This document shows positions 10,886 through 21,733 of a DNA stretch of 64,000 nt, one piece after another. Location of the stretch: positions 416,001-480,000 of the forward strand of contig JAYFMW010000005.1 in the NCBI GenBank assembly GCA_042408215.1. The letters are read 5' to 3'. The DNA comes from Microcoleus sp. (GTDB lineage Bacteria > Cyanobacteriota > Cyanobacteriia > Cyanobacteriales > Microcoleaceae). The notes under the pieces were generated by a model, which worked only from the letters and a program-made list of their open reading frames with translations, searched no databases and was not told the origin of the DNA. A program made the position numbers and the translations under genes. Positions within the stretch are counted from its first letter, which is position 1. Each line of letters starts with the position of its first letter.

Positions 10886-11160
10886 ATGTATAGAGCCTAC
10901 AAATACAGAATCTCTCCCACAAGTGAGCAATAAACCTTGCTTGCAAAGTCTTTCGGCTGTGCGAGATGGTTCTGGAACTATGCTCTAAACCTATGTCAAG
11001 AAACTTATAAGAATACTGGGAAGGCGTTATCTAGAGGATACATACAAGGCTTGCTTCCTGCGCTCAAAAAAGAATATGAATGGTTAAAAGAACCATATTC
11101 TCAATGTCTGCAAGTCGTAGCTTTGAATCTATCAACTGCCTATAAAAACTTCTTTGACAA
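10886..11160 (+). pseudogene. tnpB: 5' fragment of IS605-type tnpB with premature stop
   Basis: MYRAYKYRISPTSEQ*TLLAKSFGCARWFWN...AYKNFF; truncated by another IS200/605 end (AATGGGATTCAAGCCCCGTCCTTTTAGGACGG). Confidence 0.85.
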
Positions 11161-11271
11161 AAAGAATGGGATTCAAGCCCCGTCCTTTTAGGACGGCTTT
11201 ATATTAGACCTCTTGCCAGAAAAATCCCTGAAAGCCCACCCCTAAGCGGGTCGGATGAAAGGGCTGCGGTT

Positions 11272-11415
11272 TTAGTCCCCGCCTTTAGGTTCTGGAAATT
11301 TAGCAATTAAATGTCTAATCAATTCTGATTTTGTCATTCCTCGTCTCATAGCTTCTTCTTCTAATTGCCTCATTTGATCATCAGATATTCTGATCTGTAA
11401 ATAACAATTTTTCAT
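11272..11415 (-). CDS. 47-aa ribbon-helix-helix (CopG-like) protein, divergent from tnpB
   Basis: Manual translation: MKNCYLQIRISDDQMRQLEEEAMRRGMTKSELIRHLIAKFPEPKGGD*. Confidence 0.75.
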   Translation of the reverse strand: MKNCYLQIRISDDQMRQLEEEAMRRGMTKSELIRHLIAKFPEPKGGD

Positions 11416-11500
11416 GGTTTTGTATTGCCAAACATCAATACATATATGATAATGGAATTAAGAAAAAATAGAAAGGTCGATTTCTGTTAGAGGTAAAGAA

Positions 11501-12991
11501 ATGTTGTTAAGCTACAAATACAAGATTAGACCCAATCAAGAACAATCAATTAAGCTAAGTAAATGGCTTGATCTGCTCAGGGCTACCTATAATTGGTGTC
11601 TGAAAGATAGAATTGATGGCTGGTATCAACAGTTTCTTATGGGGGAATATTGCGATTTACAAACCCAAGCCATCGCCACACCTTTAACTTGTGCAGTTGT
11701 GAAGGGGACTCAATTAGCGAATCCTTGGAAAGATGGAAATGGGAAAGCCCAAAAAGAAGGAGAAAAAGATAAATCACCTAAACGTACACCATCTTTAATG
11801 CAAGATGCTAATCTACAAGATTTAAAAGCGGCTAGACCTTGGTATCAAAATATTGATCTAGGAGTTTTACAATTAATTCCGGCAAGGGTGAATGAGTCTT
11901 TTAACAAGTTTTTCAAGGGTGCAGGCTTCCCAAAATTCAAGCGTCGTCACGATTTTAAGTCCTTCTCTTATAAGCCAGGACGGGTGAAATTTAAGGGAAA
12001 TAAAATCTATTTGCCTAAAATCGGATGGATGCGTTTTTATAATTCGCGCTCTATTCCCGTTGGGTTTCAAATTAAAACTGTTACAGTAAGGCAAAAAGTA
12101 GATGGTTGGTATGTTTCAGTCAGATTAGAGGATAAATCTGTTCCTGATTTTCCTAGGCGAGCCGATTCTGAAGTAAAAACAATTGTTGGCTGTGATATGG
12201 GATTAGGTAAATTGGTTTATTTGTCGGATGGAAGTGTCATCGACAATCCTCGTTTTTCTACGAATAAGAAAACTCGTCATTTAATGAAAGTTAGACAACG
12301 ACGAGTTAATCGCAAACAAAAAGGGAGTAAAAATCGTTCCAAGGCTCAACAGCTTGTTAATAAACTGCATAACAAAATTGCACAAAGACGCGAGTCTCAC
12401 CAATGGGATGCAGCTAATCGAATTGTCAAAAAAGCTGACGCGATCGCGGTTGAAGATTTGAATATTTCTGGCATGATGAAACGGTGTAAACCTGTTAAGT
12501 CTGAAACTGGCAGATTTCTTTCAAATGGACAGTCAGCTAAACGCGGTTTAAACCGTTCAATTGCCGATGCGTATTGGTATGCGTTAACCCAAAAACTTGA
12601 GTATCTGGCGGCAAAGTCAGGAAAGAGATTATACCGAGTTAATCCTAAACATACCAGCCAAACTTGTAGCCAATGTGGTCATATTGATCGAGCTAGTAGA
12701 AATGGTGAAAAGTTCATTTGTACTAACTGTGGTCATATAGATGACGCTAATTTGCAGGCTGCCAGAAATGTCAAGCAAAAAGCGATTTTCCAGAAAGGTT
12801 TAAATATTGTTAAGATTTTCAAGAAAAAGGTACGGGGGGACTCTCCGAAACCAATACAAACGACTCTTTTTGATGTCGGATTGTATGAACGCCTATCAGA
12901 TAATACGGTGCTTCCTAAAAGAAGCAAACGCCGTGTGGGTAGGAACCAAGTCGAACAATTAAGTTTGTTTAATTTGGATATTTTGGCTTAA
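11501..12991 (+). CDS. tnpB: TnpB (IS200/IS605 family)
   Basis: SYKYKIRP, GFPKFK, GCDMG, AVEDL, zinc finger, DANLQAARN. Confidence 0.92.
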   Translation: MLLSYKYKIRPNQEQSIKLSKWLDLLRATYNWCLKDRIDGWYQQFLMGEYCDLQTQAIATPLTCAVVKGTQLANPWKDGNGKAQKEGEKDKSPKRTPSLMQDANLQDLKAARPWYQNIDLGVLQLIPARVNESFNKFFKGAGFPKFKRRHDFKSFSYKPGRVKFKGNKIYLPKIGWMRFYNSRSIPVGFQIKTVTVRQKVDGWYVSVRLEDKSVPDFPRRADSEVKTIVGCDMGLGKLVYLSDGSVIDNPRFSTNKKTRHLMKVRQRRVNRKQKGSKNRSKAQQLVNKLHNKIAQRRESHQWDAANRIVKKADAIAVEDLNISGMMKRCKPVKSETGRFLSNGQSAKRGLNRSIADAYWYALTQKLEYLAAKSGKRLYRVNPKHTSQTCSQCGHIDRASRNGEKFICTNCGHIDDANLQAARNVKQKAIFQKGLNIVKIFKKKVRGDSPKPIQTTLFDVGLYERLSDNTVLPKRSKRRVGRNQVEQLSLFNLDILA

Positions 12992-13032
12992 AACCAAAAG
13001 AATCCCATCCCCTTTAGGGGTGGGAGTGTCAA

Positions 13033-13164
13033 CCCTTAGAGGAACTCTGTAGCATGGTGAAAGCGATGAGTCTCTGCGGTTTAGGACAATCGGCCCCAAA
13101 TCCGATCCTAAGTACAGTCCGCCACTTCCGCGATGAATATTTAGCACTGATCCAAACCAAGTAA
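13033..13164 (+). pseudogene. hoxF: 3' remnant of a second, divergent hoxF
   Basis: [43 protein letters not shown] aligns with the C-terminus of HoxF at 33198-34784. Confidence 0.9.
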
Positions 13165-13213
13165 CGGTGGAACTTTAGTGCTTAGAAAATAATGCCACAC
13201 ATGGTGAAAAAAA

Positions 13214-13930
13214 ATGGCTGTAGTAACCCTAAAAATTGACGATATCGAAGTTGCCGCCGAGCAAGGTCAAAGCATTCTTGCTACTGCAAAAGAAGCAGGA
13301 ATCCAGATTCCGACGCTCTGTCACCTTGAGGGTGTCACCGATGTGGGAGCCTGTCGCTTGTGCATGGTCGAAGTCAAAGGCAGTTCTAAATTGTTAGCCG
13401 CTTGCGTAACTCAAGTTGCCGAAGGAATGGAAGTGCAAACCCATACCGATCAGTTAAAGAATTATCGCAAAATGGTAGTGGAAATGCTCTTTGCTGAGGG
13501 CAATCATATTTGTGCTGTGTGCGTTGCGAATGGTAACTGTGAACTGCAAAATATGGCGATCGCCACAGGGATGGAGCATTCTCGCTTTCCCTATCAATTC
13601 CCTCAACGCGATGTGGATGTATCCCACGAACTCTTTGGCATCGATCGCAACCGTTGCATATTCTGTACGCGCTGTGTGCGAGTCTGTGACGAGATCGAAG
13701 GAGCACACGTTTGGGATGTGGCCAATCGTGGCGCAGAGTCACGCTTGATTACAGGACTCGATCAGCCTTGGGGTGAAGTCGATGCTTGTACATCTTGCGG
13801 TAAATGTGTCGATGCTTGTCCGACGGGCGCAATCTTTGATAAAGGTTCGGCTGTTGGTGAAATGGAACGCGATCGCACCAAACTAGAATTCATCGTCACC
13901 GCCAGGGAGCAGAAGCAATGGACAAGATAA
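13214..13930 (+). CDS. hoxU: Bidirectional hydrogenase diaphorase subunit HoxU
   Basis: IPTLCH, GACRLC, HICAVC..NGNCELQ, two 4Fe-4S motifs. Confidence 0.96.
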   Translation: MAVVTLKIDDIEVAAEQGQSILATAKEAGIQIPTLCHLEGVTDVGACRLCMVEVKGSSKLLAACVTQVAEGMEVQTHTDQLKNYRKMVVEMLFAEGNHICAVCVANGNCELQNMAIATGMEHSRFPYQFPQRDVDVSHELFGIDRNRCIFCTRCVRVCDEIEGAHVWDVANRGAESRLITGLDQPWGEVDACTSCGKCVDACPTGAIFDKGSAVGEMERDRTKLEFIVTAREQKQWTR

Positions 13931-13953
13931 AATTAGCTAATGTTTGGTTAGCA
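13918..13953 (+). pseudogene. hoxY: 5' stub of hoxY
   Basis: MDKIKLANVWLA versus [12 protein letters not shown] of the intact hoxY; overlaps the hoxU stop. Confidence 0.8.
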
Positions 13954-14001
13954 GTTGGAAAATCAGGACTTAGGCATCAAAACCTTCATAACCGGGTTTC
14001 G

Positions 14002-14568
14002 ACAGTTCGCTCAACGATGCACGGACAAAAATGTTAAATCCCAAGTGGTATGAAGGGATGTCAACGCACGGATATGAAGGAGTGCGGTAATTATCCAAGC
14101 GTCTCGTTAATACAATGGGATGCATTGGTGTCAACTTAAGGCTGAAATTCTTGATAAATGTCGCTTTTAGGCGAAGTCTAGATCCCCCTAAATCCCCCTG
14201 ATTGTTGGGGGACTTTGAACAAGTTCTTGTCCCCCCCTTCTGAAGGGGGGCTAGGGGGGATCAGGCGTTAATAGTCAAACAGCAGTCTCTGACTGAGTTT
14301 GAGCTTAAGTTGACACCTATGAATGGGATGGAGTGCCACCGCGATCGCCGTTGACAATTGGGTGTATGAGGATGTAAATGAGACGTCGATCAACGATGAA
14401 GCGATGCAGAAGCGTTTGATGAACTTAAATCCTCATTCATTCCCTAAGATGGCGATCGCATTATTAGAGGTGAATGGACGCGGTTATTGGGAGACTTCTG
14501 AGAGTAATTTGGATCGTTTACGGGAGTTATATCAGGATGTGGAAGATGGGATTGAAGGGGTAGAATAG
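14002..14568 (+). pseudogene. chlH: 3' fragment of magnesium chelatase subunit H, with stop codon and MITE insertion
   Basis: [32 protein letters not shown][MITE][12 protein letters not shown]...RGYWETS...IEGVE. Confidence 0.85.
14123..14321. mobile_element. MITE copy 2 with 9-bp TSD AATGGGATG
   Basis: 17/18 TIR; TSD at 14114-14122 and 14322-14330. Confidence 0.9.
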
Positions 14569-14621
14569 AGATAGTTTAGGGCAGGCTTTTTGCCTGCTTT
14601 TTAACAGAAGGAGAAACCGGG

Positions 14622-14720
14622 TTTCTGAGCGCGATCGCGTCTTTTTTTGTGCTGATTTCTCTTTCTGTTTGTCTCTGTGCCTTTGTGTTTCACTCTCAGA
14701 AAACCCATCAATTATGTATA
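14622..14720 (+). repeat. ~100-bp direct repeat, second copy at 16940-17038
   Basis: Shared GTCTCTGTGCCTTTGTGTTTCACTCTCAGAAAACCCATCAATTATGTATA. Confidence 0.85.
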
Positions 14721-15260
14721 GCAGTCGCCAAGGCGATGAGAGTCATTGCTCCCTGAGCGGAGTCGAAGGGAGCAATGACTAAAGCACCTTAACAGCCTTG
14801 GCGGTTGCTATATAATAGAGAAACCGGGTTTCTGAGGGCGATCGTCTAGGTCGAAACCGGGTTGCTCACAGTCATCACTGGGCCACGAGTATTAGTAAAC
14901 AAACCCGGTTTCTGCGATCGTCATTAATAGAAATTAATATTTTTTTCACTATTTAGTGGTAGAATCAATAATAAGTATTTATCCTCAAGCTAGATCGGCT
15001 AAAGTATGTAGAAAGTATGTAGGGATACTAATGGTGCTTTAAATATTATAATGTTGAAAGCTCATGAAGGGTACGCCGTTCATTCTTACGGATGATGCTA
15101 TCGAGGTTTTTCCGGTGTCGGATCAGTCCTAGATGCCTGAAATATATCGCGTAAATGTACCACACTGTCAAAGCATCTTGGATGCTGCTCGACCTGTGGA
15201 GCCTCTAATTAAGACTTCCCAAATAGGAATCAAGAATCATCAATTGATCGGGTACAGAAA

Positions 15261-16478
15261 ATGGAAATCAAACCAGTTAGCCGTCCTGTTGTTCACAAAG
15301 TCGCAGTTATTGGTGGTGGGCTTGGAGGTCTAGCAACGGCGATCGCCCTGCGAAAACAAGGCATTGATGCCCATGTCTATGAACGAGCCAAAGAATTTCG
15401 CCCAGTGGGAGCGGGTTTGGCTCTATTTGCGAACGGCTTAAACTCCCTTGATGCCATCTCTCCAGGTATCGTCGAGGAGCTCAAACGCGCCAGCAGCCAA
15501 CTAAATCAGAGTTTTTTCAAAAAACATACAGGAGAGACAATCACACAAAACACAGCCACCCACCAGGAGAAATACGGACAGCCAACGTTGCTTTTCTGGT
15601 GGTGGCGCTTGCAGCAAGTCTTGGCCTCCGCACTCCCCCCGGAAGCGATCCACTTGGATTATCGCTGCATCGGCTTTGAGCAAGATGAGAACGGAGTGAC
15701 AGCCCATTTTGATGGGGGTAAATCGGTACGGGCTGACCTGTTGATTGGTGCAGATGGATTAAACTCAGCAGTTAGACAAACTCTGATCGGTGATGAGGAA
15801 GCTCGTTATTTGGGCAGTATGTCTTGGCGGGCGGTGATCGAGTATAACCACGAATTGCTAAATCCCAATGAACTGATTTTGATGAAGGGAGAGCAAAAAG
15901 TTCTTTTCTTGTTTGATGTGGGCGGTGGCTACAGATGTTGGACGTTACGGGCGTTGATGCCAAAATGTCCAGTGCCTGAGAGTGCAGCAGAAATTAAGTC
16001 TAGCATTTTGGAGAAATTATCGACTTGGTGGGAACCCGCAAGGGGGATCGTTGAAGCCACTGATCCAAAGCAGATTTTATTTTTCCCACTCTGCGATCGC
16101 CTGCCTTTGAAGAGTTGGAGCCAAGGACGGGTGACACTTCTAGGCGATGCTGCCCATCCCATGTCCCCTTCTGCTGGACAGGGAGCCAATAGCACTTTTG
16201 AAGATGCCTACGAACTGGCTCAATGCCTTTCCCAGTCGTCCAGCATTGAAGAAGCCTTGACCACCTATGAGAACCGACGCATCCCGCGTACCCAAGCAAT
16301 CCAAGCCCGAAGTGCTTTCGGCGAACAGCGCCTCTATGCAATGGACATAGGAACAGAAGACCCAGAAAAAGCGGCGCGAGAACGGGTCGCTTTTGAAGAG
16401 TTTCAGAGTTGGGCCTATGGGTATGACCCCAATAGTGAATCGCGTTTGAAACCCTGGATGGAAATATCAGCAACATAA
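15261..16478 (+). CDS. FAD-dependent monooxygenase (aromatic hydroxylase family)
   Basis: GGGLGG, ADLLIGADG, LLGDAAHPM..GQGAN motifs. Confidence 0.92.
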   Translation: MEIKPVSRPVVHKVAVIGGGLGGLATAIALRKQGIDAHVYERAKEFRPVGAGLALFANGLNSLDAISPGIVEELKRASSQLNQSFFKKHTGETITQNTATHQEKYGQPTLLFWWWRLQQVLASALPPEAIHLDYRCIGFEQDENGVTAHFDGGKSVRADLLIGADGLNSAVRQTLIGDEEARYLGSMSWRAVIEYNHELLNPNELILMKGEQKVLFLFDVGGGYRCWTLRALMPKCPVPESAAEIKSSILEKLSTWWEPARGIVEATDPKQILFFPLCDRLPLKSWSQGRVTLLGDAAHPMSPSAGQGANSTFEDAYELAQCLSQSSSIEEALTTYENRRIPRTQAIQARSAFGEQRLYAMDIGTEDPEKAARERVAFEEFQSWAYGYDPNSESRLKPWMEISAT

Positions 16479-17853
16479 TCCTTAGACATCTCCTAAAAAT
16501 AAGGTCAAAGGCCGGCTGGATGCCTGCCCTACAATAGTTTTTGGAGATGTCTATTAGACAAACCTTAACAGGACTGTTCGAGCTTTTTTGAGCGCCGCGA
16601 AAGTTGAAAGCGCCGCGCTACGATCCCACTTAAAAGTTTTCTAACCGGCGCAATTGTTACCAAAAGAAGCAGATCCGAAACTAGATATAGCCCTTCTCTG
16701 TTCAATGAGGTACGCTTGGGGATTGGGCATAGGGCATAGGGCATTGGGCATTGGGCCTAGGGCATCGATCGGCTTGTACCTCATGCGGTTGAAAACCGCT
16801 ATATAGGTGTAGGGAGGGTGAGAAGGAGAAACCGGGTTTGAGACAGTCATCAGTGAACCTGTAGGGGCGGGGAACCCCTATCTATGCCACGAAACAGACA
16901 GGCTGGAAAACCAGCCCCGAAACCTGGTTTTTGCGCGCTTTTCTGGGCGCGATCGTGTCTTCTTTTGTGCTAATTTTTCTTTCTTTGTGTCTCTGTGCCT
17001 TTGTGTTTCACTCTCAGAAAACCCATCAATTATGTATAGAGAAACCCGGTTTCTGAGCGCGATCGCGTCTTTTTTTTTACCGCATATAAACGAAAATAAA
17101 CACAGATGAAAGAGGAGAAAATTAACGGGATCGCACCCTCTGCCGCATCAGGTTTTTCTTGAGGCTTTTCCCATTAATTCACGGGAAAGTATCGGTAAAT
17201 ATCTTTCCGGTGTAACACCCTAACAAAAGTAATAGTTTCGTCCTCAAAATAAAAACCTATTCGATAGTCGCCAACCCTAAGCCGATACGCATTGTCATCG
17301 CCTTTTATTTTTTTTAAGTTATAGCATTCGCCAAGGCGGTTAGGTCACGATCGCCCAACGGCTGCGTTTATCCGCTCGCGTATTCGAAGGGCGAGGATGA
17401 CCATCCATGTCTTAACCACCTTGGCGGTTGCTATACCTCCCTAGAGCTATTTTCTTTATTTACTTATCTTAACATAGTTTTGTTTTTCCTTGCCGACTTA
17501 CTTAGATTTTTATTTTGTGTTAAAAAAAGCTAAATTTTGGGTTGAATGTGCCTCTATTTGTTGGATAATATAAACAGGAAAGTTTGGGAGAATAGTTTAA
17601 ATACGAATTTCCTAAAACATTGATCGATAAGGCTTTCACTCATACTGTCCCGATCGATCGAACACAGAAAAACAACCATACTGTTGTTTAAAGTAAGTGC
17701 AGGTTCGTTAACTTTTGTGAATACTGCTTGAAAATTTTAGATCTTGATTACATCAGCCAAAGGGCAAGTTTTACGAAAATTAGACGGAGGAATAATAGCC
17801 AAAAATTCTGTGAAAAACTGAACAATACCAGCAATAACTAAAGGTTTGAACTT

Positions 17854-20800
17854 ATGACTGAAAGAACTTACGCAACCATAGATGGCAACGAAGCGGTCGC
17901 TTATGTCGCCTACCGCCTGAATGAAGTGATCGCAATTTATCCGATCACACCTTCATCGCCGATGGCCGAGTGGTCCGATGCCTGGACCGCAGAAGGGAAG
18001 CCGAATATTTGGGGTACAATTCCGTCGGTGGTGGAAATGCAGAGCGAAGGCGGCGTGGCTGGGGCTGTTCACGGCGCACTGCAAACGGGATCATTAACAA
18101 CCACGTTTACCGCGTCCCAAGGCCTGTTATTGATGATCCCCAATATGTACAAGATTGCTGGGGAACTTACGCCGACGGTGTTTCACATTGCAGCGCGATC
18201 GCTGGCGGCCCAAGGGCTCTCAATTTTTGGGGATCACAGTGATGTCACTGCGACACGCACTACCGGTTTTGCGATGTTGTGTTCGGCTTCAGTGCAGGAA
18301 GCCCACGATTTTGCTTTGATTTCCACCGCTGCTACCTTGCGATCGCGCATTCCTTTCTTACATTTCTTTGACGGTTTCCGTACCTCCCACGAAGTGCAGA
18401 AAGTGGAAATGCTGACAGAAGATGATTTGCGATCGCTCGTTCCCGATGAACTCGTATTCGCCCATAGAGCGCGATCGCTCACCCCCGATCGCCCAGTATT
18501 GCGCGGTACTGCTCAAAATCCCGACGTTTATTTCCAAGGCAGAGAAAGCGTTAATTCTTATTATACCGCCTGCCTAGATATCACTGAACAAGTGATGAAT
18601 GATTTTGCTCAACTAACAGGACGGCAATACCAACTCTACGAATATTACGGCGATTCCGCAGCAGAAAAGATCGTCATTATCATGGGTTCTGGTTGCGAAT
18701 CCGTCCATGAAACCGTAGATTATCTAAATGCCAAAGGTGAAAAATTAGGCATTGTCAAAGTACGGATGTATCGCCCATTCGACGGTAAACGACTGATGGC
18801 TGCCATACCCGAAACAGTAAAATCCATCGCCGTTTTAGACCGCACCAAAGAACCAGGTGCCGGTGGGGAACCGCTTTATTTAGACGTAATTACCGCCCTA
18901 GTAGAACAAGAACGCACCGCCATTAAAGTAGTAGGTGGACGTTACGGCTTATCATCTAAAGAATTCACCCCATCAATGATTAAAGCCGTATTTGATAACC
19001 TCAGCGCGGCCAAACCCAAGAATCATTTTACAGTAGGAATTAACGACGACGTTACCCACACCAGCCTAGACTACGACCATGAATTTAACATCGAATCTGA
19101 TAGCGTAGTTCGAGCTATTTTCTACGGATTAGGCGCTGATGGTACGGTAGGAGCCAACAAAAACTCCATCAAAATTATCGGCGAAGAAACTGATAATTAC
19201 GCTCAAGGTTACTTCGTCTATGACTCTAAAAAATCTGGTTCCGTCACCATTTCTCACCTCCGCTTCGGGCCCCAGCCAATTCGTTCTATTTATCTCATAG
19301 AAAGAGCGAATTTTGTCGCCTGTCATCAATGGGGATTTATGGAACAATTCGATATGCTGAAAGAGATTGTTCCCGGTGGCACATTCCTAGTAAATAGCAT
19401 CTATGGCCCCGAGGATGTTTGGATTCGGCTACCGCTGTCAGTACAAGAGACAATTATTCAGAAAAAACTGAAATTTTATGTCTCCGATGCTAATAAAGTT
19501 GCCCGTGAAGCAGGCATGGCAGGACGCATAAATACAGTCATGCAAGCCTGCTTTTTTGCCCTCTCTGGAGTATTGCCGCGAGCAGAAGCGATCGCCCAAA
19601 TTAAAAAGGCAATTAAAAAGAGTTACGGCAAAAAAGGCCCAGAGATTGTCAAGATGAACATGGACGCTGTAGATCGTTCATTGGAATATCTTTTTGAAGT
19701 AAAAGTTCCCGATACTGCCAACAGTGAAATTACCTTGCGTTTGCCCGTTCCTGATACCGCTCCAGCCTTTGTGCGCGAAGTTTTAGGGGCAATGATCGGC
19801 AAGTGCGGCGACAATTTGCCCGTCAGTGCAATGCCCGTAGATGGTACTTATCCCACCGGCACTTCTAAATGGGAAAAACGCAATATTGCCACAGAAATTC
19901 CCGTTTGGGATACCGATGTTTGTGTGCAGTGCGGTAAATGTGTAATGGTTTGTCCTCACAGCGTTATTCGCTCCAAAGTTTACGAACCAGAACAGTTAGC
20001 AAATGCACCAGAAACATTCAAGAGCAAAGATGCTAAAGACCACGATTGGCAAGGCTTAAAATTCACCATTCAAGTTGCTCCTGAAGACTGTACAGGTTGC
20101 GGACTCTGTGTAGATGTTTGCCCCGCCAAGAACAAAACCCAGCCTAAATTAAAGGCAATTAATATGGCAGAACAATTGCCATTGCGGGAACCTGAACGGG
20201 AAAACTGGGATTTCTTTCTCGGTTTGCCAAATCCAGATCGGCGGGAATTAAAATTGAATAAAATCAATCAACAGCAAATGCAAGAACCGCTGTTTGAATT
20301 CTCTGGAGCTTGTGGAGCTTGCGGCGAAACGCCTTATCTCAAATTAGTTAGTCAACTCTTTGGCGATCGCATGGTAGTTGCTAATGCTACCGGTTGTTCT
20401 TCCATTTATGGCGGTAATTTACCAACAACACCTTGGACAACCAACAGCGAAGGACGCGGCCCCGCTTGGTCAAATTCCCTATTTGAAGATAACGCCGAAT
20501 TTGGGTTAGGTTTCCGAGTCTCCATTGACAAGCAAACTCAATTTGCCACTGAATTATTGCAACGAATTGGCGGCGAAATAGGCGACAATTTAGTGCATGA
20601 TATCCTAGCTTCCGAACAAAAAAACGAGGCGGATATTTGGGAACAGCGGGAACGAGTAGTTCAACTCAAACAAAAACTGCAAGAGATTGATTCCGCTACC
20701 GCCAAACAGTTGCTAAGTTTAGCTGATTTTCTAGTAAAAAAGAGCGTCTGGATTATCGGCGGCGACGGTTGGGCCTATGATATTGGTTACGGCGGTTTAG

Positions 20801-21438
20801 ATCACGTAATTGCTAGTGGTCGCAATGTGAATATCCTAGTTTTGGATACCGAAGTTTACTCAAATACTGGCGGTCAAATGTCAAAAGCAACGCCGCGAGG
20901 AGCCGTTGCCAAATTTGCTGCTGGTGGCAAACCTGCTGCTAAGAAAGACTTGGGTTTAATTGCTATGACTTACGGCAATGTTTACGTTGCGAGTGTCGCA
21001 ATGGGAGCAAGGGATGAACATACTTTGCGGGTATTTTTAGAGGCAGAAGCTTACGAAGGCCCGTCTTTAATTATTGCTTATTCCCATTGTATTGCTCACG
21101 GGATTAATATGGCTGGTGGGATGCAGCAACAGAAAGCGGCGGTAGAATCAGGCGCAAAATTGCTTTACCGTTACAATCCCGATCGCACTCACCAGGGCGA
21201 AAATCCTTTGCAATTAGATTCGCGATCGCCTAAAATTCCGCTCGAACAATATATGTATGCGGAAAACCGTTTCAAGATGCTAAAAGCCAGCAAACCAGAA
21301 GATGCACGGCGGTTATTAGCAGAAGCTCAAGAAGATGTGAAGTCCCGCTGGGCCATGTATCAATATCTCGCCCAACGTCCCCTATCTAATGGGCATCAAG
21401 ACCAGGCAAATCATAATTCCGGCGGACAACAAAAATAG
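17854..21438 (+). CDS. nifJ: Pyruvate:ferredoxin/flavodoxin oxidoreductase
   Basis: YPITPSS, two 4Fe-4S motifs, GGDGWAYDIG, YSNTGGQ; 1194 aa. Confidence 0.98.
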   Translation: MTERTYATIDGNEAVAYVAYRLNEVIAIYPITPSSPMAEWSDAWTAEGKPNIWGTIPSVVEMQSEGGVAGAVHGALQTGSLTTTFTASQGLLLMIPNMYKIAGELTPTVFHIAARSLAAQGLSIFGDHSDVTATRTTGFAMLCSASVQEAHDFALISTAATLRSRIPFLHFFDGFRTSHEVQKVEMLTEDDLRSLVPDELVFAHRARSLTPDRPVLRGTAQNPDVYFQGRESVNSYYTACLDITEQVMNDFAQLTGRQYQLYEYYGDSAAEKIVIIMGSGCESVHETVDYLNAKGEKLGIVKVRMYRPFDGKRLMAAIPETVKSIAVLDRTKEPGAGGEPLYLDVITALVEQERTAIKVVGGRYGLSSKEFTPSMIKAVFDNLSAAKPKNHFTVGINDDVTHTSLDYDHEFNIESDSVVRAIFYGLGADGTVGANKNSIKIIGEETDNYAQGYFVYDSKKSGSVTISHLRFGPQPIRSIYLIERANFVACHQWGFMEQFDMLKEIVPGGTFLVNSIYGPEDVWIRLPLSVQETIIQKKLKFYVSDANKVAREAGMAGRINTVMQACFFALSGVLPRAEAIAQIKKAIKKSYGKKGPEIVKMNMDAVDRSLEYLFEVKVPDTANSEITLRLPVPDTAPAFVREVLGAMIGKCGDNLPVSAMPVDGTYPTGTSKWEKRNIATEIPVWDTDVCVQCGKCVMVCPHSVIRSKVYEPEQLANAPETFKSKDAKDHDWQGLKFTIQVAPEDCTGCGLCVDVCPAKNKTQPKLKAINMAEQLPLREPERENWDFFLGLPNPDRRELKLNKINQQQMQEPLFEFSGACGACGETPYLKLVSQLFGDRMVVANATGCSSIYGGNLPTTPWTTNSEGRGPAWSNSLFEDNAEFGLGFRVSIDKQTQFATELLQRIGGEIGDNLVHDILASEQKNEADIWEQRERVVQLKQKLQEIDSATAKQLLSLADFLVKKSVWIIGGDGWAYDIGYGGLDHVIASGRNVNILVLDTEVYSNTGGQMSKATPRGAVAKFAAGGKPAAKKDLGLIAMTYGNVYVASVAMGARDEHTLRVFLEAEAYEGPSLIIAYSHCIAHGINMAGGMQQQKAAVESGAKLLYRYNPDRTHQGENPLQLDSRSPKIPLEQYMYAENRFKMLKASKPEDARRLLAEAQEDVKSRWAMYQYLAQRPLSNGHQDQANHNSGGQQK

Positions 21439-21733
21439 GAATTAGATGTAAATTGGCGGATAATTTTGATAATTATCTGCCGATTATATGATTTCTATTT
21501 GATGCGGAATTGTATTATTTCCAATTCCGTAGGGGCGGGTTCACCGAGATATTTGATAACTATAGCAGAATCCTATAAACCCGCCCCTCCCATACAATTC
21601 CTCTCTTCCTCTTACCTCTGCGTCCTCTGCGTCCTCTGTTCCAAACAAAGGAATAGCTAACCCCAACTTAATATTCCATTCAACATTTCGCTGTACCAAA
21701 GAAAAAGCTCACAAAAATCAAAGGAGAGATCAA

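Larger units (their letters stand above)
11218..13032 (+). mobile_element. IS200/IS605-family element lacking tnpA (RHH gene + tnpB)
   Basis: LE-like hairpin AAAGCCC...GGATGAAAGGG; RE AGAATCCCATCCCCTTTAGGGGTGGGAGTGTCAA. Left boundary approximate. Confidence 0.75.

Noticed and set aside
13033..13052. TnpB guide from the hoxF remnant targeting the intact hoxF
   Set aside because: About 14/20 identity with mismatches at guide positions 2-3 (seed).
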